Shown piece after piece: positions 12,600 through 25,140 of a stretch of 64,000 bases of DNA (position 1 is its first letter; each line of letters opens with the position of its first letter). This DNA comes from the human T2T-CHM13v2.0 reference genome, Homo sapiens: the NCBI RefSeq assembly GCF_009914755.1, contig NC_060928.1, one strand, 5' to 3'. A model generated the notes under the pieces. It was not told where the DNA came from and made no database searches. It was given only the letters and a program-made list of their open reading frames with translations. The position numbers and the translations under genes were made by a program.

Positions 12600-14823
12600 G
12601 TGCATAAATTTGTTTCTGAAAGATGGTTGCAACTTGTGAAAGTTTAAAAAAATCAGCCTCCAAATTATGTGACATGCAGTGTCGTCTATGTATCCTCCAC
12701 TTGAATCTGTGATCAGCTATTTCTTGACCAATAGAATATGGCAGAAGTAACGCTGTGCCCATTTTGGGGGTCAAGGCCTAAGGAAAGGCACTTTTCACTT
12801 CCTGCTTCTTGGAATATTTGCTCTTAGAACTCAGCCATGCTGGAAGAAAGCCCAAGCTACATGGTGAGTCCGTGTATAAATGATCCACCTATTAGCTCCA
12901 GCTGGAGTCCCAGTGGATCACCTGCTGGACATGAAAGTGCAGAGGCCTTTGCAATGTCTTGTACTTAGCAACTGTCTGGCTAAAATTGAAACATTAACTT
13001 TGGGATAATTTGTTATAAAAACATATTTGGAATAGATTACAATACTAAATATGGTATACTACCATATTTTTAAAAATTGACATTGGCTTTGAGATTGAGC
13101 AATGGGGAGGAGATAGAAAGACCTTGAGGAGGCTGCTAGTAAAAGCCTAAAATATTTCAAGAGGGCTGTCATAGAGGGCTTAGAGGAAAGTAAGAATGGG
13201 ATAATGTTTCTGGAAGCTGGAGGAAAGAGGATACTTGTGTGGTGGCAGAAAGTCTACCAACACTGTCACTTGTGTTAATGTCATAATTAGGAAATTCAAC
13301 TAAAGATCTCAAGGATCTAGTTAAGATTTCCAGCCAGTGTGTTGGTAAAATGCTAAATAAAAAGCGTTTGGGACTTGCTGTATTTTAAATTAAAGCTATT
13401 TTCAATTCCCAGTCTTTCCAGACAGCAAATGATTCTAAAATTACACATGGCTTAGGTCAAAGATCAAATACAGGGTAGGATGTTCTGTCACCTGATAATA
13501 ATTTAAGCAGTGGCTCATGAAAACTTTCGAACACTTAAAAGAGCCTTTGAGGATTTTAAGTTGACAGCTCACAGGTCCTTTCCATTAAACAATAGGGCTT
13601 CCGAAAATTCATTTTCTAACAGCAGCTTCACAAGAAACTCAAGGTGGAGAAGAGCTTTCCTAAAAGAGCTTTGTGATTTGGCTAAGTCTAATGGAGTGAA
13701 CCCACATAAGAGTAAAAAAAAATTCACAAAGATTTTAAAATAAATTTCTGGTGGAAGCACCACCTACTTGGAAAAAAAGAAATAGAGGCTGTATAAAATG
13801 AAAAGGGTGTTGGGAAGCAGGCTGAGAAGTCTCATTCGTTGCAGAGTCAATTTTCTTATGCAAAATGATGAATGACTTATGGGAAGGAACCATGAACTTT
13901 GAGCACAGAGCCAAAGTTTGGGAGAATCACTGTTATGAAGGAGGAAAGGGCCCTACAGAACATGTGTCTGGCTGGATTTCAGAATTGCTATGGACCAGTA
14001 ACTGTCTGTGCTTTCTGTTTTCTCTCTTTTTCTAAGACAGAGTCAGTAGCAGTTATTCTGTATCTGTTCCACAGTTGGATTTTGAGTGTGGTGTGGAGAA
14101 GGGATTGGGGGGAGAGGTCAGATAACTTGTCTCTAGTTTATACATTTTTAGATTGAGAGAAACCAGAAGCCAAGGATCTGCACTTTAGGAAACTAATTTA
14201 AATAAAAACATTTGAACCTTGAGGATGAGTCTGACACCAATATGCTATTAAATTCTTAAGAGATCTTGGGGATGAGTATATTTTGCGTTTTGGAGAAACG
14301 TTCATAATTTGAAGTTGGTGGCCAGACTCTAGTGGTTTTAAAAACTTACTGTGATATTCTTTGATATTTCTCCTATTGAGCAATGGGGTCTATGTTCCCT
14401 TGAAACTGGGCTCTGTAACTGTGCTTCTAATAGATTACAGCAAAAGGGACCCTCTGACACCTTTCAGGCCCAGGCTACAAGAACTTAGCCACTTTGACTT
14501 CCTGCTCTTGGGATAGTAGCTATTGGAACCTAGGTACCTTGTTTTAAGGATGCACCAGTTACATGGTAAGTCTGTAGGTAGGTGTTCCATTCCCAGTTTT
14601 GATCCCTGCCTGTAGTCAATATCAACAAGCAGGCATGTGTTATAGAGGCTTTTGGCATAACTCCAGTACTACTCACTGTCTAGCTAAAAATGCACAAAAG
14701 TAAGAAGCACCAAACTGAACATAATCAAACCCCAGAATTTTGAGAGATACTAATAAATAATTGTGATTATTTTAAGCCTTAAGTTACGAAGAAATTTATT
14801 ATACAACAATAGATAGCTAGAGT
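12600..14823 (+). mobile_element. Full MLT1G/H-type MaLR provirus: LTR ~12600-13035, internal ~13036-14328, LTR ~14329-14823
   Basis: Two MLT1 LTRs share 'cttcctgct(t)cttgg' and 'ttgaa..tg'. They flank MLT1-int motifs 'ttggctttgag', 'ggaagctggaggaaagagga', 'aacatgtgtctggctggatttcagaattgctatggaccagt'. Confidence 0.75.
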
Positions 14824-15074
14824 AGCATTTAATTATGTCTCACGAATGAATGAAATAACTAATGATAAACTCAGGAAGTTTTTTTTTTTTTTTACTAGTA
14901 ATCATATTTTATGGAATGCTTAATGTCCTGGTGAAGAAATTGAATACTCAAAGGTCAACTAATTTTTTTCTAAGACATGAAATTAAGTTATTTTCTTTAA
15001 TTTTCCATTCTCATCCATTTCCTACTGTAGCATTGAGAAACCGTATTTATCACAAATGACACATTGATTAAGAA

Positions 15075-15953
15075 TTTTTTTTTATTATACTTTAAGTTTT
15101 AGGGTACATGTGCACATTGTGCAGGTTAGTTACATATGCATACATGTGCCATGCTGGTGCGCTGCACCCACTAACTCGTCATCTAGCATTAGGTATATCT
15201 CCCAATGCTATCCCTCCACCCTCCCCCCACCCCACAACAGTCCCCAGAGTGTGATATTCCCCTTCCTGTGTCCATGTGATCTCATTGTTCAGTTCCCACC
15301 TATGAGTGAGAATATGCAGTGTTTGGTTTTTTGTTCTTGTGATAGTTTACTGAGAATGATGATTTCCAATTTCATCCATGTCCCTACAAAGGACATGAAC
15401 TCATCATTTTTTATGGCTGCGTAGTATTCCATGGTGTATATGTGCCACATTTTCTTAATCCAGTCTATCATTGTTGGACATTTGGGTTGGTTCCAAGTCT
15501 TTGCTATTGTGAATAATGCCGCAATAAACATACGTGTGCATGTGTCTTTATAGCAGCATGATTTATTGACCCAGTAATGGGATGGCTGGGTCAAATAGTA
15601 TTTCCAGTTCTAGATCCCTGAGGAATCGCCACACTGACTTCCACAATGGTTGAACTAGTTTACAGTCCCACCAACAGTGTAAAAGTGTTCCTATTTCTCC
15701 ACATCCTCTCCAGCACCTGTTGTTTCCTGACTTTTTAATGATTGCCATTCTAACTGGTGTGAGATGGTATCTCATAGTGGTTTTGATTTGCATTTCTCTG
15801 ATGGCCAGTGATGATGAGCATTTTTTCATGTGTTTTTTGGCTGCATAAATGTCTTCTGTACTGGTACCAAAACAGAGATATAGATCAATGGAACAGAACA
15901 GAGCCCTCAGAAATAACGCCACATATCTACAACTATCTGATCTTTGACAAACC
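15075..15953 (-). mobile_element. 5'-truncated, 5'-inverted young L1 (L1PA2-like) with 14-bp TSD
   Basis: Near-consensus ORF2 C-terminus and 3' UTR. Has GAG (not the Ta ACA) at 15175-15177. Inverted segment at 15858-15956. TSD tgattaagaatttt at 15065-15078 and 15954-15967. Confidence 0.95.
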
Positions 15954-16335
15954 TGATTAAGAATTTTGTCTGTGATTTTCATCATGCTAATATGGACTGG
16001 TCTTTCTGTTTGAGTGTTGAAAATGTAATCTGGATGCACTAGGAAATAAGTAGAATATAAAAGATTAGCTAGATTTGCTAAAAAAAATTTTAATATATAC
16101 ATAAATTTGTGACTCAGTTGTCTTTGTTTTATTGTGAATCAAGTGATGACAATAAATGTTTATTATATACATTTTTTTTCCAGGATGCAACATTTAAAAT
16201 ATACTCTTTTCCTCCAGGACTCAATCTTCCAATTAGGGATCAAGATTAAAAAAAAAAACACAAAATAGGTTCATACACAGTGTCATGTACAGAAAGGTAA
16301 ATTATACTCAAAATCAGAAAACTTTTGTCCTTGAT

Positions 16336-16552
16336 CAAGGATTGGCAAAAAAAAAGAGTCAGATAGTAAATAGTTTAGGCATGGCAAGACCTACCATCTC
16401 TGTTGCAGCTCCTCATCTCTGCTGTTCTAATGTGAAAGCAGCCATAGACAGGAGGCAAATGAATGAGTGAAGCTGTGTTCCCTATAAACTTTATGTTCAA
16501 AAGCAGGTGGCCAACTGGATTGAGCCTGCTGGTAGTAGTTTTCTGCCTCTTG
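16336..16552. mobile_element. MER58A hAT-Charlie MITE
   Basis: 'cagatagtaaatagtttaggc...gaaagcagccatagaca...gctgtgttccctataaactttat' matches MER58A. Confidence 0.8.
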
Positions 16553-16989
16553 TTTTAGACTTTGCATTGCCATTGGTTAGTTGTGTAACCCAAGGATACA
16601 TCAAGCTCAGAGCTTCATTTCTCTTATCAGTAAAGTAAGAATAATAGTAGCAACTTCCTTGACATTCCCAGTACGAGGAGAAATAAGAAAATACTTGTGA
16701 GCTTTTTTGGAACTGTCTACTGTGTGGTAGACATGTTAAGTTACTTGCCATTATTATATTTATTTCAGGTCTCCTGGCTCTATTCTTTTAGCTATTTTTC
16801 TATACCTTTTTGTGAAATGGGAAATCATGGTTACTCCTTTTCATTTTGGGTTGGCAAGAAATTTTGGGGGTATGGGCATCTCTGGCCCTCTTGGACTTGA
16901 TATTCTAAGCAGCATCTTCATTCCATGGCTTTTGATATGCTATTTTATCAATTGTCCTTCCCTGCCCCTGTTATCTAAATTAGCTGTCA

Positions 16990-17210
16990 CCACTTTCTTT
17001 GTTATACCCTACTTCATTTTCTTTATAGTACTTATCACAGAAATTATCTTGTTCTTTTAAATCTTAGCCTCATAATTATCTGTCAGCTCCATTATGATAT
17101 CAATTTGATTATTTTCTGATTCACTTAGTAATATATCCTCAGCACTGATGAATGTACTTTGCCATATATTACAAATTTGACACACATTTTTTGAATGAAT
17201 TAAATGAATG
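16990..17210 (+). mobile_element. L2 3' end
   Basis: 'tttctttatagtacttatcaca...tgtcagctcca...ttgaatgaattaaatgaatg' L2 terminus. Confidence 0.6.
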
Positions 17211-17611
17211 AAATGTGCAATATTATCTCATCCTATAGGCAAAAGTAGAAGTTCTTCTGTGTATCTGGCCTGGCCACTCTAGTTTCTGGAGTCTGGATCA
17301 GATATTTTACTTTCATATCACTTAGCAGATTACATATATCTACTATAATATTTAAGATTTTATAAGAACATTGATGGAAAGTCATTGGAAATGCTTTCAG
17401 TATTAAACAAAAATTATGCACTGTGCATTTCACTTGAGCATAATAATCTATCTGGTGCTTAATGATATTATTTACAGAAAGTGTCTCATTTCTGCTTATT
17501 TGGTTGTTATAGTTCAGCAACAGTGTGCTTTGTCAGCTGCATATCTGCAGACGGTCTGCCAATATGGTCTTTTCCAAATGCCTTATATACTGTAGTTGCC
17601 AATCTTCTGTG

Positions 17612-17615
<4 letters not shown>

Positions 17616-17654
<39 letters not shown>
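17616..17654. repeat. (TC)n microsatellite
   Basis: About 19 perfect TC units. Confidence 0.97.
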
Positions 17655-17657
<3 letters not shown>

Positions 17658-18881
17658 ACTTGATTCTCTTTAGGAAGGTAGTGAGGCTCAGGGACCACTT
17701 TTTTTTTTTAATCGAACATGCACTAGCCAAATTGAGTTTAAGCTGAAGACTGCCTTTTGCAGAGAGACATAGATACTGTTGCACCATGTAACACCGTCAC
17801 TCACTGATACTGGATAAAGCAGGTCAGAATTTCACTCAGAATCCATTTCAGCACCAGTAATAGGTTGGCACAAAAGCCTCAGCATTCATTACATGCTTAC
17901 TGAACCTAACACAGATTTTCTGAGGGACGCTGAAAAATAGAAACAAGGGCAGGTTGCTCAGTCACCTTTAAATCAGATTTTTTAAAAAGTTGGATTCCTA
18001 AAAGCTAAGGAGGTGTAGGTCTTCACGAAAGGTGTAGAAAATCTGCTTTGTGTCTTTTCCATCTTTAAATGTTTATGATCCAGTGAAAAGTCAGATGTTT
18101 AGGGTTTTCTTCTTTAACAGAACTGTGGTGAAGAGGCAATGGCTTTAACATAGATTATATGTGAGTTCCATGTAGTTAGAGAAAGCAAAGAAAATTGTTT
18201 TTTATGTGTTCTTGCCTTTTTTTTTTTTTTTTTTGGCCTCCTCTCTGTTTCTAATTTAATCTGGCAGCACTCTCTGAAGGTGTGGTAAGAGATAAAGCGT
18301 GACGGTTGTTTGGGCTGGCTTGCCAAGTGATTTGAAAGGCTTCTTAAGGATTTTGAATGCTGTCTTGAAGGTAACTGGTAGACACTGACAGGTTTTAGGC
18401 AGTAAATTACTTTGTCAAATTTACAATTTAAAAGCTACCTCTGGCTACAGTGTGGGAGATAAATTGGAGTATGCTGAGAATAAAAGCAAGGAGAAGATTT
18501 GGGAGCCTGCTGCCACTGTCTATAAGAACCATAGTATCTCTGAAATAGCAAACAGGAATCCTGTGAAGAGAGTGGGGAAGGAAGAGCCCAGTGTTGAGAA
18601 AAGTGGTTTTGGGGAAAACTCTTCTCAGTGGTGGCTTTTGAGCAGAGCCTGGCATCTACCTTGGTTTACTAGTATGTCCCGAGCTCTAACTGCTACCCAC
18701 TGAAATACTACCACCCTAAGGTAGGGAAGAGTCTGCAAAAGTTAACCTGATCAGTATCTATTCTGAAATAACTAAAAGGAAAATTGCTTTGAGTCTTAGC
18801 TTGGTCCAAAGAAGCTCAGTTCAGATGTTTGCTAGTTCTTTATATTCAGATTGTGAATACGACTCAGTGTATTTAAGGGAA

Positions 18882-18901
18882 ACACACACACACACACACA
18901 C
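18882..18901. repeat. (AC)n microsatellite
   Basis: About 10 AC units. Confidence 0.9.
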
Positions 18902-19799
18902 CCAACCTGCAAGTCCCATGCATTGTGTGTTAAATATGGAACTGGCTGGCACAACCACCAAGATGGGAGTCATCCACCCCTGCAGATTACTACCTTGGAC
19001 GCTGCTCTTTTCAGATCCTATACTTTATCTTCCCTAACAGTCATTGGAATGTCACTAGAACTTGATGAGGGCAGGGCAGGAAGCTGAGTCAAAAATCTCA
19101 GGAAAGCTAAACCACAGTAGAATTTATAAACCTTAGGATTCATATCTTAGGTGGGGTTGGGCTGTGTGATCTAAAATGGGAAGCGCTGACTCACTGCATT
19201 TTGAATAATGACTGGAGGCTCATCTCACAGTATGCCACTTCAATTACAACTGAGGGCTTCTGAATCTGATTTCTAAACACCATGGTCTTGCATCATACAC
19301 AAATTTGATTTATACGATTAAACTATGCATGCTGGCATATAATGACAGGATAATAATCATGCTGTTGATAATAATGATAATGAAGAGGGAGAGAGATGGA
19401 ATATGACAATGAATAGAGCACAGGTGATTCTACCCCTCGTTTATCTGTTCCTCTGAATATGTCCTTGATTGTGACAAGTGAGAGAGGAATGTGCTGTTGC
19501 TTCAGTTGTCTGATTCTTATAGTAAATATTCATATTTTTTCCTGTTTCACATGTTCCTTAGAAGAAAATTAACAACGTCTTCTATGCTGAAGGAAACAGA
19601 GACCAATTTGTATGTACACAGGAGGGAAAGCTGATTGTGTTAGGCAGATAAAAAATAATAGTGTTTAATTTTGTACCTTCTCAAAAGACTTTGGGGAGTC
19701 ATTTCAACTTATACAATTTTAATTGTATTTGTTGATTTCAGAACCTAATGTTATTAAGACAAGGTTAATAGGCTTTTACATATCTGCTACAGACTTTTG

Positions 19800-21230
19800 G
19801 GGTGCTCTTCATTTTCCGTATCACAATTGATTGTCATGAACTCTGAATTAGAGCAGATAATATTTCCATTTTGCAGATAAGAACCCTGAGACTCAGAGAG
19901 ATAAGAAAATTATCAACCAAGTAACAATTCAGAGCTAGGACCATCATTAGGATTTCATGGAAGTATCTTTTACTCTCCACCTGATGTTCTGATCTAGAAT
20001 CTTGCTTTACAGCCCTGAAGGTTTCATCCTCCGCTTGAATGAGTTATGTTTAGGTTCCTATCTTCGAAGGGCATATTGTTCCCAGGAAACCAGTCCTTAG
20101 AACCCACACATGATGACTTTTACTAAGACATCTATTGAATGGTCTCAGTTAGAAGCCTAACTAAGTCCTTATTTTAGAAATCAGCCATATGAAATCAAAG
20201 TCAGCAAGTTTTAGTAAGAAGAAAAGTCAAAAATGAGGCCATCTTAGAAGACTGTGTTCTTGACTTGGCTCTGTCTCTGTTTAACTTATGTAATTCTGGG
20301 GAAGTCATATGCCTCAGTTTCCTCACTGGTACATGGAGAAGTAATGTCCTTCTGGCCTATCTAGTAGAATGATGTGGTATTTAAGTGAGATAGCATTTGC
20401 AAGACTGTTTCATAAAGGTAGGGTACTGTAACGTAAAAGATCTAACCACCTGTAAGGGATACGTTACCCAGAATCCACTTTGGCTCTTCTGACCAGTGTC
20501 TTTCCCACCCCTGGAAGGCATCTTTTTTTCAAATTTCCCTTCCTTAGAGTGCCATGCAGCAGCAGCAGCAGGAAGAAACAGCCACAGATATTTGGAAAAG
20601 AATAGAAAAATAGAACTCTCTCTTAAAACTTACTTGGAAGCTTGCTATTCATTCATTCATTTGTTCATTCATTTATCTCTTCATCATATATTTAATGAGA
20701 ACCTATTATGTAAAAAGCTAATATATGGAAATGAAAAAAGTCTCTGCCTCAAAAGACATTGTCTAGCAGAGAGAGTATGCATGTACGTAAGCTACTTAAA
20801 CACAGGTTAATATGAGTGTCCATGGGTGGGCGCGAGTGTGGGTGCATGCACTTCTTAGGAATAAGCTATTGTGAAATGATAGGTCACAGCTGACCAGACT
20901 GGCAAGGCTTTCTTGAGAAGGCCACCCTTCTATGGAATCTGCAGGATAAACATAGTAGTCCAGAGAAAGCAGAAGAGAAATGAATCCCAGGAGAACATAA
21001 TCCCTGCTTCCTTCTTATGAGTAATGATGATGCCAGAGTAGCAAGTTTGAGATGTCTGTGCATTATGACATTGAATCCTCATAAGCCTCCTGGAAAGTAA
21101 GTATTGTACTGTTTATAAGAACAAGAACACATTCAGGAAAAGTAACATACCTGGGCTACTCAGCGGGTGAATGGCTGGAATTTGCAACCAGATCTTTGTG
21201 AAGCCCAAGGCCATAATGTTAACCACTATG
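19800..21230. mobile_element. Cluster of MIR and L2 fragments
   Basis: Reverse MIR 'ccattttgcagataagaaccctgagactcagagag'; forward MIR 'gcctcagtttcctcac'; reverse L2 tail 'attcattcattcatttgttcattc' at ~20647. Confidence 0.65.
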
Positions 21231-21421
21231 ATTCAAAATTTCCAAGCAGACACTCCAAAGTATCTTGTTTAGAATGGCACAATCAGAAAGTGGTCAAGCT
21301 GGAAATCACAGCCACTTCTGTCTGGCTCCAAACCTTGTTCCCTAAACTCTCTGCTGATCTGGAAACACATGTGCAAATGCTAGAATTTGAGAATATCCCT
21401 TTTTGGAGGCCAAAACAATTC

Positions 21422-21890
21422 TGTTAATTTGCTAGGGCTGCCATCACAAAGGACCACAGATTGGGTTGCTTAAATAACAGAATTGTATTTTTTCACAGTT
21501 CCAGAGGCCAGAAGTTCCAGATCAAGGTGTCAGTAAGGTTGGCTCCTTATGAAGATTTTGAGGGAAAATCAGTTATGTGCCTCTTCCCTGGCTTCTGATG
21601 GTTTTCTGGCAATCTTCTGTATTTCTTAACTTGTTAGGAGCATCACCGCAATCCTTGCCCCCTTCATTTTCACATAGTATTCTCTTCGTGTGGATGTCTC
21701 TGTGTCTAAATTTCCCCTCCTTATAAAGACACTGTAGTCTTGGATTAGAGGCCTGCTCTACTCCAGTACAACCCCATCATAACTAAATATATCTGTAATG
21801 ACACTATTTCCAAATATGGTCCTATTCTGCGGTATTTAGTGGTAAGACTTCAACATATGAATTTCGGGGGACACAATTCAACCTTTAACA
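21422..21890 (-). mobile_element. MLT1C-like MaLR solo LTR
   Basis: 'gctagggctgccatcacaaag...cacagttccagaggccagaag...ctatttccaaatatggtc...ggggacacaattcaacctttaaca'. Confidence 0.85.
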
Positions 21891-22726
21891 GTCACCCTCC
21901 ATTGTTGAAGCACCCAACGCATGTAGAAAATTTGCAGGAAATTCAGGCTGAGAGACAAATGAGCAACCCGAAGATCTTATTGTAGTCTCCCTAAGGACTT
22001 GGTTCTGTATATGACAATGAACAGAATTTTCTGTTTACAGAGAGAAGACTCAGCTTGCGAGTCTTGGGCTGCAGCTGCTTCCACTAAAGTAAGAGTGCTA
22101 CCCTTAAACACATCACAGCCTTGGTTCCTCCCCTCCCCAGGTTTTGCAAGGACACAAACAGGAGAACTTGACTGACAGCCATTATGCATAATTGACTAAG
22201 CAAGAATCTAACTACTGGCTTGCTCTCCCTCTGCATATAGGATCCTCACGGGGGCGCCGTTCCAGGAATACGCCTGCCAGGCCCAGTCCTGGGCCACCTG
22301 TGTGTCTTGAATCATTCATTACCAGGTGTCCTCAACTCAACTTGCAAAATTGAAGTGTCTTAAGCCAGTTAAAGAACTCTGCAAAGAAGAGGCATGGTGC
22401 ATCCAGTAAAGCCTCGTGTGAGAGGGACAATGATCAGGTTCAGGCTTTGGGGTAAAAAGAATGAGCTTCAGATGGAGTGACACTCCGGCTTGCTCTTGTC
22501 AGGACATCACCCCACATTACCCTTCATCTTCTGTCTCCCACAGAAGGCCTCGCTTCCAAGCTGGATTTGAGTCACTATCATTATCCTCTGAACAGACTTT
22601 CTCACAGTTCTTTTTTGCAGACAGTAACATACTGGGGTTAATTTTAGATATCACCAACTTGGAGTTTATTTTGGATTCCAGAAGTTTACATTTAGGTCTG
22701 CTAAAACGCACAACCTGCAGGGGTGG

Positions 22727-22761
22727 GTGTATGTGTGTGTGCGTGTGTGCGCGTGCGCGTG
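22727..22761. repeat. (GT)/(GC) alternating purine-pyrimidine tract
   Basis: 35 nt of perfect RY alternation with 5 CpGs. Confidence 0.9.
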
Positions 22762-24449
22762 AAACCCATCAACTTTCTTTAATAACTCTGAATATGAGTT
22801 ATTTCAGAATATTTTCAATGGATTGCTAATGTTGTGCCAAAATTAAAATGAAATTTTAAACCAAAAGAACTTACAGATGAATTGCAGAGCTCATTTGCTT
22901 TTTACCACATTCTTTCAATTGTGATTTTTTTATCCATATATATGTGCGTGTGTGTGCATATATATATATATATGCCACACTTTAGTTTCTAAAGCTTTAT
23001 TTTTGGTCATTGTAAGAAACAGCATTGGCTGAGTGTGGTATGTTCTCATCTTCATAACAATTCTGTAGGTTAGGTCAGTTTCTTAGAAATTAGAAAACAG
23101 GCTCAGAGAGAGATGACTTAAGTTGCTGAAGGCCATTTGGCAGGAGAGTGGCAGAGCAGGCATTGCGATGATGCTTCCTTGTTTCAAGACTTGTGTTGTT
23201 TTCATTACACACTATTTCCTCAGGGCTCTGTGGTTAGGCACAGTTTGCAGAAGGGCACTTCCTAATGGAAGCTCCCAAACGACCCTGTGTGCCACTGTGT
23301 GGAGCTGAATGAATCTGTATGATGGATAGGATCTTCAGATAGGTTGAAAAAGTTAAAATACGAACTCCTCAGACACATTCCACCAAATAGTATTTGGCAA
23401 CAAGCACTGGGAATGCAAATTTTCTGTGCGCATAACCCACACATTTGCAATGATTGGTCAATGATGTTATGTACAGACATAGCGGAACTATCATTAGATT
23501 TGAATGTAGAATGCCTGGAGTTTTGCTCTGGCTCTGTTATTAGCTGGGTATTTTAAAGCAAAGCAGTTCATCTCTCTAGGCCTTAACATCTGCATTTGTA
23601 AAATGAGGAAAAAATCATTTCATTGTGAGAATAGCATGTCAAATATTTGAAAGCACTTTACAACCTATGATAAGGTATAAATGAGGCTTTAGTCTTCCTG
23701 AAAAGTCAGACGTAGAATAAACTTTCACTTATTGAATCACATTTTCCTCCAATAAGTTCCATCATTTCAATGAGCTGTTCAAAAGGGGAAAAATATGTGG
23801 GATTTAACATGGAATAAGAATAACATTTAAGAATGGCTTAATACTGGATTCAGAAAGGATTTATCTGTTACGGTTCCATAGTTTCTGTGCCTGCCATTTT
23901 CCTTCAATGGTCTAGCAAAGAATTAATGACACTCAAAATCAATCCACTTGCACTTTGTGCATATTTTAAATATCCATTAAAACAAATAGAACCAAGTAAA
24001 TAAATATTTTTCTTAATACTGCTACCAACTGCAGTTTCATTAGCTATAGTCACACTTAACCTTCAAATAGCAGGCCCGGGGTCTCCTAATTTCTTAGTCA
24101 ATCTTGGCAAAGCCTGACATTATATAGGAGGCTTGGCTAGGTGTGATTCACAGTTGATTATTGGTTCAAATCCAGAGATTGTAACATTAAATTTCGTACT
24201 ATAACTCCAAGTGCCTATGGGTAAGCCTCCTGTCTACCTTTCTGAGCACAGCCTACTTCCCTATACCCCTTCAAATGTACTTTCCCCATCTCTTGAATTT
24301 CTTGATTATCTTTTCAGGTTTTTCCTGAATATAAATTCCTTGTCTATTACCCAGACCTCGAATCTAGGTCTCATTACCTCATTTCTTTGGCACTTCATAC
24401 CACTACTTGTAACCTCTGGCATTACCTTGCAATACCCAGTGGAATCCTT

Positions 24450-25140
24450 TTCCAAATTAGACAGGCCACCTTGAGCAAGAATCAGCCTTATCTTGAAAAC
24501 AAGACTTCTCAGATTCTCCCTGATCTGTATCTTCTTTTCTAATTCTTCTGGACTACATTATGACCTGGATCCCACCTCTTCTCATTTATTCAAGTTTTTC
24601 ACTTCAGCAATTCTTTCCTGTCCTGTGTCATCACTGTTGTTTTCTTTCTGTTAGATCATTCACATCAACATACCAGCATTCAGTATTATCATAAAACAAG
24701 AGGACAAAATCTTTGGTTTCATATGCCTTCTGGCTCCTGTCCCATTCCACTGCTTGTTTACAGTAAAGCTCTTTAAAAAGTGTTTTCTTTACTCACTCTT
24801 CATTTACATGTCTCCTTTTTCCTGAACCCATTATTAACCCACCAGATCTTGAAAATGTTCTTGTCTGTCACTTAGTGCCTTGTCTATTACTAAGTCCAGT
24901 GGCTAATATTCTCCTTGCATACCCTATCAGCAGCATAACACAGTGGTCTATCTCATCTTAGACTATATTCCTTTTTTAGCTCTCCAGAGACCACTGTCAA
25001 TTCTCTTTGTACCTTACTTTTCCTCCTCACTTTCCTCTACTAGTCTATTTTCATTTCTTCACTCTCTACACACAAGATTGCCAATGGGGTTAGACCTGGT
25101 TTCTCCTTCTCTCTTTCTCTTTCTTTATCTCTCTCCACCC
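24450..25140 (+). mobile_element. L2 internal fragment
   Basis: CT-rich decayed L2: 'ctggatcccacctcttctcat', 'ctatcagcagcataacacagtggtc'. Confidence 0.6.

Noticed and set aside
15563-16102. 179-aa ORF, the longest in the track
   Set aside because: Chimera of flanking DNA, antisense L1 and L1 ORF2 across the inversion junction; not a gene.
17481-17787. ORFs with ERERER/SLSLSL repeats
   Set aside because: Translations of the (TC)n microsatellite.
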